This document shows, piece after piece, positions 11,037 through 22,000 of a stretch of 64,000 nt of DNA. This DNA is from a phage, in NCBI GenBank assembly GCA_026209155.1, contig GCA_026209155.1_3056.1, one strand, 5' to 3'. The translations under genes were made by a program, and so were the position numbers. Each line of letters starts with the position of its first letter. Position 1 is the first letter of the stretch. The notes under the pieces are model-generated. The model ran no database searches, had not been told where the DNA came from, and was given only the letters and a program-made list of their open reading frames with translations.

Positions 11037-11690
11037 TCAATACTTACAAGATTTCACAGTTTCAATGAAAACACTTTTAGCTTTCTGTGAATCAATATTT
11101 AAAATTTTTCTATAAGCCTTTAACTTTATAGAATAATTATTCCAGACTAAATTATCAGTCTGTTCATCATGTTTATCAATTATATTTAAAAACGAATCAA
11201 GCAAGATAAACGTCTCAAACGAAATTATGTTCGATTGCAGAAGTTTAAAAATATAACTTGATTGAACTTTTGGATTATACTCAAAGATTTCTTTAAAAGC
11301 AGAAACTTCAACTTTTTTACTAAAATAATAAATGTTGCGAATATCTTCTTCAAACTTAAACTTAATTTGCTTTAAGCGTCCGATATATTCACGATAAAAC
11401 ACAAGTGCATCAGCGTCAGAGATGTCACCAATCCAAGCATCTTGGTTAGCAACCAAATTACTTATAAAGATTAAAGCAAGTTCCTTTAATTTATATTTTT
11501 CTGATAACTTCTGGAAAAAATACTTATCCCTTCGCTTTTGATAAGCGGCATCAGACACCCGCATGCACCAATTATACTTAATTACATCATACTTTCCATT
11601 CATATGCTGTTTTATCATTAAGTATAATTTATAAACTGATTTACCATCAATGTATCTTTCACCACCAGCAGGCATGCGGAGTTTAATCAT
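11037..11690 (-). CDS. 59: Helicase loader gp59
   Basis: 217 aa, same length as T4 gp59; N-terminus MIKLRMPAGGERYIDGKSVYKLYLMIKQHMNGKYD. Confidence 0.88.
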   Translation of the reverse strand: MIKLRMPAGGERYIDGKSVYKLYLMIKQHMNGKYDVIKYNWCMRVSDAAYQKRRDKYFFQKLSEKYKLKELALIFISNLVANQDAWIGDISDADALVFYREYIGRLKQIKFKFEEDIRNIYYFSKKVEVSAFKEIFEYNPKVQSSYIFKLLQSNIISFETFILLDSFLNIIDKHDEQTDNLVWNNYSIKLKAYRKILNIDSQKAKSVFIETVKSCKY

Positions 11691-12025
11691 AGCAGAAAAT
11701 CTAATGTATTAGTTTTTTCACAACGAACAACAGAAGGACGTAAAAGATTTTCGTCAATAGCTTCTGACTGAATTTTTTCAATTATACCCGAAGGAATAAA
11801 TTTAGCAAATTGAGTTTCAGGAATAGAATTTTCTTCCAAGAATGCTGTTGTAGCTTCAAGATAACTCATTCCAAACTCTTCTACCATTTTTTCAATAATA
11901 AATCCGTTTTCTTGACGATCAAGAAGCTTTGCTATTTCATCCTTTTCTTTCTTGATTGAAAGTTCTTTTTCTGAAAGACCGGTCTCATCGACCGGACGAA
12001 TATCATTTAGAGAAAACTGTGTCAT
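11687..12025 (-). CDS. 33: Late transcription co-activator gp33 (112 aa from internal Met MTQFSLND; track ORF to 12034)
   Basis: Length and position match T4 gp33; overlaps dsbA 3' end. Confidence 0.75.
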   Translation of the reverse strand: MTQFSLNDIRPVDETGLSEKELSIKKEKDEIAKLLDRQENGFIIEKMVEEFGMSYLEATTAFLEENSIPETQFAKFIPSGIIEKIQSEAIDENLLRPSVVRCEKTNTLDFLL

Positions 12026-12272
12026 AAAGTTCAACTACCTCTTCAGTTTCAGCTTCAAACACATCACGGTTATCTTTATGATACAAAGCTAATAGACGAT
12101 TAAACATCTTACCATCAACGCCAAGTTCATCTTTAGCACGAATTCGAATATCTTTAATTAGTTCATTATAACCGGAAATTTTCAGTTTATGATCAGATGC
12201 TTCTTTAATAAATTTAGCCAAGTCTTCGCCATGGATAGCTTCATCAAATTCAACCATTTCTTTTTTAGCCAT
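12003..12272 (-). CDS. dsbA: Double-stranded DNA-binding protein DsbA (late transcription)
   Basis: 89 aa, same as T4 DsbA; between rnh and 33. Confidence 0.8.
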   Translation of the reverse strand: MAKKEMVEFDEAIHGEDLAKFIKEASDHKLKISGYNELIKDIRIRAKDELGVDGKMFNRLLALYHKDNRDVFEAETEEVVELYDTVFSK

Positions 12273-12280
12273 TATTCACC

Positions 12281-13198
12281 TCAAAATTCATTAATGCTAT
12301 TAGTTAATTTAGAAAGACCCGCTTTTACAAAATATGAATAAATTTTGCCACGCGGTGGTAATTTATATGAATTATAGTAATTCACAATGTTTGAAGCAAT
12401 ATTATCAGGAATATAATCAAAATCAATTAGAACTAAATTTTCTTTATATCGATTATATTCAGATTCAGTGAGAAGCACTTTAGCTTGCTCACGGTCATTA
12501 GCGATAGCTTCAACAATAGAGGTTTTCATTGAAGGAGTTCGTTCACCTTCAACTCTGGTAAACCAAAAGTCAGATCGTACTTTAACTGAAGCAACGTTAT
12601 CCTTTTTATCACCCTTAAGAATTTTAGTCATACAGTCAATTTCAGCAGAACCGCTTTTAATTTTAACCCATTTCTTATGCATCGGTGACCATTGCTTAAC
12701 ATTTGGATACTTGTGAAGTTGAGTAAAGTCACCATCCGATGAAATGATTAAAATCTTGTGTCCTTCTAAAGAGAACTTTTTAACAAGAACAGCGATATGG
12801 TCATCTGCTTCATACTTATCAATATCCATAACAGTGTATGGCATATAAGCTTTCAATTCATCTATAACTTTATGACTGGATTCAAAATAACCTTCCCAGT
12901 CCCAAGTAGATTCTTCTCGTGCTTTTCCGCGGTTTTTCTTGTAATAGTAAGCAAAATCACGACGCCAATATCCAGATTTCGCATTATCAATACACAGTAC
13001 AATTTTAGTGTATCCAAGAGTTTTTGCTTTTTTGACATTAAACTTAATTGAGTTCAATATCAAATGACGAACCATTGATAAATTAATTTTTTCTTTATCT
13101 GGGAAGTTTACTAGAGCAGTCGAAAGCGCAATTTGACTAAAGTCAATTAAGCAAATTCCTTCTTTATAATCTTCATCCAGCATCATTTCTAAATCCAT
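12281..13198 (-). CDS. rnh: RNase H / 5'-3' exonuclease, FEN-1 family (305 aa from Met MDLEMML with GAGG Shine-Dalgarno)
   Basis: FEN-like acidic motifs (CIDNAKSGYWRRD, ISSDGDFTQL); length equals T4 RNase H. Confidence 0.9.
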   Translation of the reverse strand: MDLEMMLDEDYKEGICLIDFSQIALSTALVNFPDKEKINLSMVRHLILNSIKFNVKKAKTLGYTKIVLCIDNAKSGYWRRDFAYYYKKNRGKAREESTWDWEGYFESSHKVIDELKAYMPYTVMDIDKYEADDHIAVLVKKFSLEGHKILIISSDGDFTQLHKYPNVKQWSPMHKKWVKIKSGSAEIDCMTKILKGDKKDNVASVKVRSDFWFTRVEGERTPSMKTSIVEAIANDREQAKVLLTESEYNRYKENLVLIDFDYIPDNIASNIVNYYNSYKLPPRGKIYSYFVKAGLSKLTNSINEF

Positions 13199-13260
13199 AT
13201 GAACCTCGTTCAATTAGTGAGATTTCTATTATATACCATCCAAATCTTAAAGTAAACAAG

Positions 13261-13268
13261 TATAAATA
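13261..13268 (+). promoter_or_regulatory. Late promoter TATAAATA upstream of gene 34
   Basis: Exact TATAAATA about 35 nt upstream of gene 34 ATG with AGGAG Shine-Dalgarno. Confidence 0.7.
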
Positions 13269-13302
13269 CTTATTATTGAAAACACAATAGGAGCCCGGGA
13301 GA

Positions 13303-16300
13303 ATGGCCGAGATTAAAAGAAAGTTCAGAGCAGAAGATGGTCTGGACGCAGGTGGTGATAAAATAATCAACGTAGCTTTAGCTGATCGTGCCGTAGGAAC
13401 TGACGGCGTTAACGTTGATTACTTAATTCAAGAAAACACAGTTCAACAATATGATCCAACTCGTGGATATTTAAAAGATTTTGTAATCATTTATGATAAC
13501 CGCTTTTGGGCTGCTATAAATGATATTCCAAAACCAGCAGGAGCTTTTAATAGTGTACGCTGGAGAGCATTACGTACTGATGCTAATTGGACAACTGTTT
13601 CATCAGGACCTTATCAATTAAAGTCAGGCGAATCAATTTCAGTTGATACTGCAGCTGGTAATGACATTACATTTACTTTACCATCTTCCCCAATTGATGG
13701 AGATACTATCGTTCTCCAAGACATTGGAGGAAAACCTGGAGTTAACCAAGTTTTAATTACCGCTCCGGTGCAAAGCATTGTAAATTTTAGAGGTCAGCAA
13801 GTACGATCAGTACTAATGACTCATCCAAAATCGCAGATAGTTTTAATTTTTAGTAATCGTCTGTGGCAAATGTATGTTGCTGATTATAGCAGAGAAGCTG
13901 TAGTCGTAACACCGGCAAGTCTTTATCAGGCGCAATCTAACGATTTTATCGTGCGCAGATTTACTTCAGCCGCGGCGATTAATATTAAACTTCCGAGATT
14001 TGCTAATCATGGCGATATTATTAATTTCGTCGATTTAGATAAACTAAATCCACTTTATCATACAATTGTTACTACATACGATGAAACTACTTCAATACAA
14101 GAAGATGGAACTCATTCCATTGAAGGCCGTACATCGATTGACGGTTTCTTGATGTTTGATGATAGTGAAAAATTATGGAGATTGTTTGACGGGGATAGTA
14201 AAGCACGTTTACGCATTATAACGACTAATTCAAACATTCGTCCAAATGAAGAAGTTATGGTATTTGGTGCGAATAATGGAACAACTCAAACGATTGAACT
14301 TCAGCTTCCAACTAATATTTCTGTTGGTGATACTGTTAAAATTTCCATGAATTACATGAGAAAAGGACAAACAGTTAAAATCAAAGCTGCCGGTGAAGAT
14401 AAAATTGCTTCTTCAGTTCAATTGCTGCAATTCCCAAAACGCTCAGAATATCCACCTGAAGCTGAATGGGTGACTGTTCAAGAATTAGTTTTTAACGGTG
14501 AAACTAATTATGTTCCAGTTTTACAGCTTGCTTATATTGAAGATTCTGACGGAAAATACTGGGTTGTACAGCAAAACGTTCCAACTGTTGAAAGAGTCGA
14601 TTCTTTAAATAATTCTACTAGAGCAAGATTAGGCGTAATTGCTTTAGCTACACAAGCCCAAGCTAACGTCGATTTAGAAAATTCTCCACAAAAAGAATTA
14701 GCAATTACTCCAGAAACATTAGCTAACCGTACTGCTACAGAAACTCGTAGAGGTATCGCAAGAATAGCAACTACTGCTCAAGTAAATCAGAACACTACAT
14801 TCTCTTTTGCTGATGACCTTATCATCACTCCTAAAAAGCTGAATGAAAGAACTGCTACAGAAACTCGTAGAGGTGTCGCAGAAATTGCTACGCAGCAAGA
14901 AACTAATGCAGGTACTGATGATACTACAATCATTACTCCTAAAAAGCTTCAAGCTCGTCAAGGTTCTGAGTCATTATCTGGTATTGTAACTTTTGTATCT
15001 ACTGCAGGTGCTACTCCAGCTTCTAGCCGTGAATTAAATGGTACGAATGTTTATAATAAAAACACTAATAATTTAGTTGTTTCGCCTAAAGCTTTGGATC
15101 AGTATAAAGCTACTCCAACGCAGCAAGGTGCAGTAATTTTAGCAGTTGAAAGTGAAGTAATTGCTGGACAAAGTCAGCAAGGATGGGCAAATGCTGTTGT
15201 AACGCCAGAAACGTTACATAAAAAGACATCAACTGATGGAAGAATTGGTTTAATTGAAATTGCTACGCAAAGTGAAGTTAATACAGGAACTGATTATACT
15301 CGTGCAGTCACTCCTAAAACTTTAAATGACCGTAAAGCAACTGAAAGTTTAAGTGGTATAGCTGAAATTGCTACACAAGTTGAATTCGACGCAGGCGTCG
15401 ACGATACTCGTATCTCTACACCATTAAAAATTAAAACCAGATTTAATAGTACTGATCGTACTTCTGTTGTTGCTCTATCTGGATTAGTTGAATCAGGAAC
15501 TCTCTGGGACCATTATACCCTTAATATTCTTGAAGCAAATGAGACACAACGTGGTACACTTCGTGTAGCTACACAGGTCGAAGCTGCTGCAGGAACATTA
15601 GATAATGTTTTAATAACTCCTAAAAAGCTTTTAGGTACTAAATCTACTGAAGCGCAAGAAGGTGTTATTAAAGTTGCAACTCAGTCTGAAACTGTAGCTG
15701 GAACGTCAGCAAATACTGCTGTATCTCCAAAAAATTTAAAATGGATTGTGCAGAGTGAACCTACTTGGGCAGCTACTACTCTGGTAAGAGGTTTTGTTAA
15801 AACTTCATCTGGTTCAATTACATTCGTTGGTAATGATACAGTTGGTTCAACACAGTCATTAGAATTGTACGAGAAAAATAGTTATGCAGTATCGCCATAC
15901 GAATTAAACCGTGTATTAGCAAATTATTTGCCGTTAAAAGCAAAAGCTGTAGATAGTAATTTACTGGATGGTCTAGATTCATCTCAGTTCATTCGTAGGG
16001 ATATTGCACAAACGGTTAATGGTTCACTAACCTTAACCCAACAAACGAATCTGAGTGCCCCTCTTGTATCATCTAGTACTGCTACGTTCGGTGGATCAGT
16101 TTCAGCAAATAGTACACTAACCATTTCTAATACTGGAACAGCAACTCGTCTGATTTTTGAGAAAGGACCTCAAACTGGAACGAACCCGGCTCAAACGATG
16201 ACAGTCAAAGTGTGGGGAAATCAATTTAGTGGTGAATCAGACACAACGCGTTCTACTGTATTTGAAGTTAGTGATGAAACGTCTAGTCACTTTTATTCTC

Positions 16301-17172
16301 AGCGCAATAAAGCTGGTAATATAACATTTAATATCAATGGTACAGTAACACCGATAAATGTGAATGCTTCAGGAACATTGAATGCGAATGGCGTTGCAAC
16401 ATTCGGTAGTTCAGTTACTGCTAATGGCGAATTTATCAGTAAATCGTCGAATGCTTTTAGAGCAATAAATGGTGATTACGGATTCTTTATTCGTAATGAT
16501 GGTGCTAACACCTATTTTATGCTTACTGCATCTGGTGATCAGACTGGTGGGTTTAATGGATTACGTCCATTATCAATTAATAATCAATCTGGTCAGGTTA
16601 CAATTGGTGAAAGCTTAATCATTGCCAAAGGTGCTACTATAATTTCAGGTGGTTTAACTGTTAACTCGAGAATTCGTTCTCAGGGTACTAAAACCTCTGA
16701 TTTATATACCCGTGCGCCAACATCTGATACTGTAGGATTCTGGTCAATCGATATTAATGATTCAGCCACTTATAACCAGTTCCCGGGTTATTTTAAAATG
16801 GTTGAAAAAACTAATGAAGTGACTGGGCTTCCATACTTAGAACGCGGTGAAGAGGTTAAATCTCCTGGTACGCTGACTCAATTTGGTAACACACTCGATT
16901 CGCTTTACCAAGATTGGATTACTTATCCAACGACCCCAGAAGCGCGCACCACTCGCTGGACGCGTACATGGCAGAAAACCAAAAATTCTTGGTCAAGCTT
17001 TGTTCAGGTATTTGATGGAGGTAACCCTCCTCAGCCATCTGATATCGGTGCTTTACCATCTGATAATGCTATAATGGGGAATCTTACTATTCGTGATTTC
17101 TTACGAATTGGTAATGTTCGCATTATTCCTGACCCAGTGAATAAAACGGTTAAATTTGAATGGGTTGAATAA
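13303..17172 (+). CDS. 34: Long tail fibre proximal subunit gp34
   Basis: 1289 aa, identical length to T4 gp34; repetitive fibre sequence. Confidence 0.95.
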   Translation: MAEIKRKFRAEDGLDAGGDKIINVALADRAVGTDGVNVDYLIQENTVQQYDPTRGYLKDFVIIYDNRFWAAINDIPKPAGAFNSVRWRALRTDANWTTVSSGPYQLKSGESISVDTAAGNDITFTLPSSPIDGDTIVLQDIGGKPGVNQVLITAPVQSIVNFRGQQVRSVLMTHPKSQIVLIFSNRLWQMYVADYSREAVVVTPASLYQAQSNDFIVRRFTSAAAINIKLPRFANHGDIINFVDLDKLNPLYHTIVTTYDETTSIQEDGTHSIEGRTSIDGFLMFDDSEKLWRLFDGDSKARLRIITTNSNIRPNEEVMVFGANNGTTQTIELQLPTNISVGDTVKISMNYMRKGQTVKIKAAGEDKIASSVQLLQFPKRSEYPPEAEWVTVQELVFNGETNYVPVLQLAYIEDSDGKYWVVQQNVPTVERVDSLNNSTRARLGVIALATQAQANVDLENSPQKELAITPETLANRTATETRRGIARIATTAQVNQNTTFSFADDLIITPKKLNERTATETRRGVAEIATQQETNAGTDDTTIITPKKLQARQGSESLSGIVTFVSTAGATPASSRELNGTNVYNKNTNNLVVSPKALDQYKATPTQQGAVILAVESEVIAGQSQQGWANAVVTPETLHKKTSTDGRIGLIEIATQSEVNTGTDYTRAVTPKTLNDRKATESLSGIAEIATQVEFDAGVDDTRISTPLKIKTRFNSTDRTSVVALSGLVESGTLWDHYTLNILEANETQRGTLRVATQVEAAAGTLDNVLITPKKLLGTKSTEAQEGVIKVATQSETVAGTSANTAVSPKNLKWIVQSEPTWAATTLVRGFVKTSSGSITFVGNDTVGSTQSLELYEKNSYAVSPYELNRVLANYLPLKAKAVDSNLLDGLDSSQFIRRDIAQTVNGSLTLTQQTNLSAPLVSSSTATFGGSVSANSTLTISNTGTATRLIFEKGPQTGTNPAQTMTVKVWGNQFSGESDTTRSTVFEVSDETSSHFYSQRNKAGNITFNINGTVTPINVNASGTLNANGVATFGSSVTANGEFISKSSNAFRAINGDYGFFIRNDGANTYFMLTASGDQTGGFNGLRPLSINNQSGQVTIGESLIIAKGATIISGGLTVNSRIRSQGTKTSDLYTRAPTSDTVGFWSIDINDSATYNQFPGYFKMVEKTNEVTGLPYLERGEEVKSPGTLTQFGNTLDSLYQDWITYPTTPEARTTRWTRTWQKTKNSWSSFVQVFDGGNPPQPSDIGALPSDNAIMGNLTIRDFLRIGNVRIIPDPVNKTVKFEWVE

Positions 17173-17180
17173 GAGGTATT

Positions 17181-18299
17181 ATGGAAAAATTTATGGCAGA
17201 GTTTGGACAAGGATATGTCCAAACGCCATTTTTATCGGAAAGCAATTCAGTAAGATATAAAATAAGTATAGCGGGTTCTTGCCCGCTTTCTACTGCAGAA
17301 GGACCATACGTTAAATTTCAGGATAATCCTGTTGGAAGTCAAACATTTAGCGCAGGACTTCATTTAAGAGTTTTTGACCCTTCTACAGGAGCATTAGTTG
17401 ATAGTAAGTCATATGCTTTTTCGACTTCAAATGATACTACATCAGCTGCTTTTGTTAGTTTCATGAACTCTTTGACGAATAATAGACTTGTTGCTATATT
17501 AACTAACGGAAAAGTTAATTTTCCTCCTGAGGTAGTATCTTGGATAAGAACCGCAGGAACGTCTGCTTTTCCATCTGATTCTGTATTGTCAAGATTTGAC
17601 GTATCATATGCTGCCTTTTATACTTCTTCTAAAAGAGCTATTGCATTGGAACATGTTAAACTAAGTAATAGAAAAAGCACAGATGACTATCAAACTATTT
17701 TAGATGTTGTATTTGATAGTTTAGAAGACGTTGGAGCTACAGGATTTCCTAAAAGAACATACGAAAGCGTTGAGCAATTTATGTCAGCGGTTGGTGGAAC
17801 TAATAACGAAATTGCACGTTTACCAACTTCATCCGCGATAAGTAAACTCTCTGATTATAATTTAATTCCTGGCGATGTTCTTTATCTTAAAGCACAGCTA
17901 TATGCTGATGTCGATTTACTTGCGCTTGGAACTACAAATATATCTATCCGTTTTTATGATGAATCGAATGGATATATTTCTTCAACACATGCTGAGTTTA
18001 CTGGACAAGCTGGGTCATGGGAATTAAAGGAAGATTATGTAGTTATTCCAGAAAATGCAGTAGGATTTACGATATATGCACAAAGAACTGCTCAAGCTGG
18101 TCAAGGTGGCATGAGGAATTTAAGCTTTTCGGAAGTGTCAAGAAATGGAAGTATTTCGAAACCTGCTGAATTTGGTATCAACGGCATTCGTGTTAATTAT
18201 ATCTGTGAATCTGCTTCACCTCCAGATATAATGGTACTTCCTACGCAAGCATCGTCTAAAGCTGGTAAAGTATTTGGGCAAGAATTTAGAGAAGTATAA
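17181..18299 (+). CDS. 35: Long tail fibre hinge protein gp35
   Basis: 372 aa as in T4; position after gene 34. Confidence 0.9.
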   Translation: MEKFMAEFGQGYVQTPFLSESNSVRYKISIAGSCPLSTAEGPYVKFQDNPVGSQTFSAGLHLRVFDPSTGALVDSKSYAFSTSNDTTSAAFVSFMNSLTNNRLVAILTNGKVNFPPEVVSWIRTAGTSAFPSDSVLSRFDVSYAAFYTSSKRAIALEHVKLSNRKSTDDYQTILDVVFDSLEDVGATGFPKRTYESVEQFMSAVGGTNNEIARLPTSSAISKLSDYNLIPGDVLYLKAQLYADVDLLALGTTNISIRFYDESNGYISSTHAEFTGQAGSWELKEDYVVIPENAVGFTIYAQRTAQAGQGGMRNLSFSEVSRNGSISKPAEFGINGIRVNYICESASPPDIMVLPTQASSKAGKVFGQEFREV

Positions 18300-18304
18300 A
18301 TTGA

Positions 18305-18330
18305 GGGAGCCTTCGGGTTCCCTTTTTCTT
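18305..18330 (+). terminator. Hairpin with UUCG loop plus U-tract after gene 35
   Basis: GGGAGCC-UUCG-GGUUCCC followed by TTTTTCTT. Confidence 0.6.
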
Positions 18331-18338
18331 TATAAATA
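18331..18338 (+). promoter_or_regulatory. Late promoter TATAAATA upstream of gene 36
   Basis: Exact TATAAATA 24 nt upstream of gene 36 ATG. Confidence 0.65.
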
Positions 18339-18361
18339 CTATTAAAATAAAGGGGCATACA

Positions 18362-19039
18362 ATGGCTGATTTAAAAGTAGGTTCAACAACAGGAGGCTCT
18401 GTCATTTGGCATCAAGGAAATTTTCCATTGAATCCAGCCGGTGACGATGTACTCTATAAATCATTTAAAATATATTCAGAATACAATAAACCACAAGCTG
18501 CTGATAACGATTTCGTTTCTAAAGCATCAGGTGGCACATATTTAAACAAAGTATCATTTAATGCAGGTGTACAAATCCCGTTTTCTAAAGACGGCGTAAT
18601 TCAAACAGGGAACATTAATGGTATTTTTCCTGGAGTTGATGATGGGGCCGATTTTACAGCAAACAACCTAGATATCGTTTCTTGGTATGGTGTTGGATTT
18701 AAATCTTCATCAGGTAATTCAGGATATACGATATCCATTAATACTCGTACAGGCACAATTAATACTAAAGGCGGTGTTTACGCCTCTGGACAAGTTCGTT
18801 CAGACATGGCTGCACCTGTTGCGGTTAACGATCTTACTCGTAAAGATTATGTTGATGGAGCAATAAATATTGTTACAGCAAACGCAAACTCTAGGGTATT
18901 ACGCTCTGGAGACACTATGACAGGAAATTTAACTGCGCCAAACCTTTTTTCACAGAATCCTGCGTCTCAACCTTCACATGTTCCACGATTTGATCAAATT
19001 GTTATTAAGGATTCTGTTCAAGATTTCGGCTATTATTAA
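18362..19039 (+). CDS. 36: Long tail fibre distal connector gp36
   Basis: 225 aa; position between 35 and 37. Confidence 0.9.
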   Translation: MADLKVGSTTGGSVIWHQGNFPLNPAGDDVLYKSFKIYSEYNKPQAADNDFVSKASGGTYLNKVSFNAGVQIPFSKDGVIQTGNINGIFPGVDDGADFTANNLDIVSWYGVGFKSSSGNSGYTISINTRTGTINTKGGVYASGQVRSDMAAPVAVNDLTRKDYVDGAINIVTANANSRVLRSGDTMTGNLTAPNLFSQNPASQPSHVPRFDQIVIKDSVQDFGYY

Positions 19040-19047
19040 GAGGACTT

Positions 19048-22000
19048 ATGGCTACTTTAAAACAAATACAATTTAAAAGAAGCAAAACTGCAGGAGCACG
19101 TCCTGCCGCTTCAGTATTAGCCGAAGGTGAATTGGCTATAAACTTAAAAGACCGCGTACTTTTTACTAAAGACGACCAAGGAAATATCATTGATCTTGGT
19201 TTTGCTAAGGGCGGTAGTATTGACGGGAATGTTATTCATAAAGGCAATTATAACCAAACTGGCGATTATACTTTAAACGGTACATTCACCCAGACTGGTA
19301 ATTTTAATTTAACCGGTATTGCTCGAGTAACTCGTGATATTATTGCTGCTGGGCAGATTATGACTGAAGGCGGAGAACTTATTACAAAAAGTTCAGGAAC
19401 GGCACACGTTCGTTTTCATGATTCCGCCGACCGTGAACGCGGTATTATTTTTTCTCCTGCTAATGACGGTTTAACTACACAAGTAATTAACATCAGAGTT
19501 CAAGATTACAAAGCCGGTTCAGAAAGCACTTTCGCTTTTAATGGAAATGGTTTGTTTTCTTCACCAGAAGTTTTTGGGTGGAAATCTGTATCAACTCCGG
19601 TAATTTATACCAATAAAGTTATCACCAATAAAAAAGTTAAAGATGATTATGACATCTATTCGATGGCAGACAATGTTCCATTGTCTGAAAGCACTACTGC
19701 TATTAATCATCTTCGTGTTATGCGTAATGCAGTTGGTTCTGGTATTTTCCATGAAGTTAAAGATAATGATGGAATAACATGGTATAGTGGAGATGGATTA
19801 GACGCTTATCTTTGGTCATTTACTTGGAGCGGCGGAATTAAATCAAGTCACTCAATTTCCATCGGTTTAACACCCGGACCTAAGGATTACTCAATATTAG
19901 GACCGTCTAGTATCGCTTTAGGAGATAATGATACTGGATTTAAATGGCATCAAGACGGATATTATTTCAGTGTTAACAATGGCACAAAAACGTTTTTATT
20001 TAGTCCAAGCGAAACAACTAGCCTAAGAAAATTTATAGCTGGATATTCTACTAACGGAACCGATTTAACTACTCCTCCAACTGAAAATTATGCTCTTGCT
20101 ACTGTAGTGACATACCATGATAATAACGCGTTTGGGGATGGTCAGACTCTTTTAGGATATTATCAAGGCGGTAACTATCATCATTATTTCCGCGGCAAGG
20201 GCACTACAAACATTAATACTCATGGCGGTTTGTTAGTTACTCCAGGCAATATTGACGTTATTGGTGGTTCTGTTAATATCGATGGTAGAAATAATAATTC
20301 AACTTTAATGTTTAAAGGCTATACCATGGGTCAAAGCTCCGTTGATAACATGTATATAGCTGTTTGGGGAAATACTTTTACTAATCCAAGTGAAGGCACC
20401 CGTAAAAATGTCATGGAAATTTCTGATGATATTGGATGGATGCATTATATTCAACGTAATAAAGATAATACGGTTGAAGCCGTGTTAAATGGTCAACAAA
20501 CAATTAATGAAAATATTATTGCGAAAAAGGATATTTGGGTTGACCGAGCAGTTCATACCATTGGCGAAATCACTACAAATGCTGTTAATGGTCTTCGTAT
20601 TTGGAATAATGATTATGGAGCCATTTTTAGACGTTCAGAAGGCAGTCTTCATATTATTCCAACTGCTTACGGTGAAGGTAAAAATGGTGATATCGGTCCA
20701 CTTCGCCCGTTTAGTATAGCTTTAGATACTGGTAAAGTTACTATTCCAGATTTACAATCAAGTTACAATACGTTCGCGGCAAACGGCTATATTAAATTTA
20801 CTGGTCATGGCGCTGGCGCTGGTGGTTATGATATTCAATATGTTCAAGCGGCTCCTATTTTCCAGGAAATCGATGATGATGCTGTAAACAAATATTATCC
20901 GATTGTTAAGCAAAAATACCTTCAAGGTAAAGCAGTTTGGTCTTTAGGTACTGAAATTAATTCAGGTACATTCGTGATACACCATATCAAAGAAGATGGA
21001 ACACAGGGCCATACATCAAGATTTAATGCTGATGGTACAGTTAACTTCCCGGATAACGTTCTGGTCGGCGGTGATATTAACATGAAAGGCTTGCTGACTT
21101 TTGATGCCGGACGTTTAGGATCACGAGATTATTTTAAATTTAACCATTGGGGTGATAGTAATAATGCTCGTGATAACATCATCCAGTTAGAAGATAGTCA
21201 AGGCGCCCATTTTTTCACTGAACGTACTTTAGCGACAGGTGCAATTAAAACTCGTTTCTTTGGCGAAACATTTACTGATGGTACATTATACCTAAATCAG
21301 ATGAATAATAGCTCTGAACAATTCCATATCAATAATTGGGGAAATTCAGAAGTTGGTCGCGCGGCAGTGATGGAAGTCGGTGATTCCAAAGGTTATCACT
21401 TCTATACAGAACGCAGGACAGATAACAGTTTGACGTTTGATGTTGCTGGCAATTTTACTGTGCATGGATCTGGCGGGATCACTATCAAAAACTCTGCTGG
21501 TGCACGACATATCTGGTTTAGAGATGATAGTGATGCGGAAAAGGCTGTTATCTGGGCTACAGATGATGGTATTTTACATATACGAAATAATTATGGGGGT
21601 TCATTTAGTCATCACTTCCGGGGTGCAATGATTCTAGCGGGAGAGCGTGTTCCATATAATAGTGAATACGCTCTTATCCGTGGTAATATTTCCGGTGGTG
21701 CATGGGTAGACTGGCGAGATCGTCCGGCTGGATTGTTGGTAGACTGTCAGGACTCACGAAATCAAGCATATAACATTTGGAAAGCTACTCATTGGGGCGA
21801 ACAGCACCTTGCGGCGATGGGTGTTCATGCTGGCGGTGGTAATCCTCATGTTGCATTGCATGTGGGTGGGAGTGATTATGCATTTGCAGTTAACGGTGAT
21901 TTTACTGCTGGTGCTGCTGTATATTGTAACGACGTTTATATTCGTTCTGACCGTCGTCTGAAAATTAATGTTGAAGACTACGAAGAGAATGCGGTGGATA

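Noticed and set aside
11460-11500. Possible MotA-box middle promoter inside gene 59 (minus-strand CTTGCTTTA, 11 nt, TAATTT)
   Set aside because: Box deviates from consensus in its first positions and lies within coding sequence; left as unverified.
13022-13048. Plus-strand TTTGCTTTT element inside rnh as a replication-origin or middle promoter driving toward gene 34
   Set aside because: Imperfect MotA box and no clear -10 at correct spacing; cannot be supported from sequence alone.
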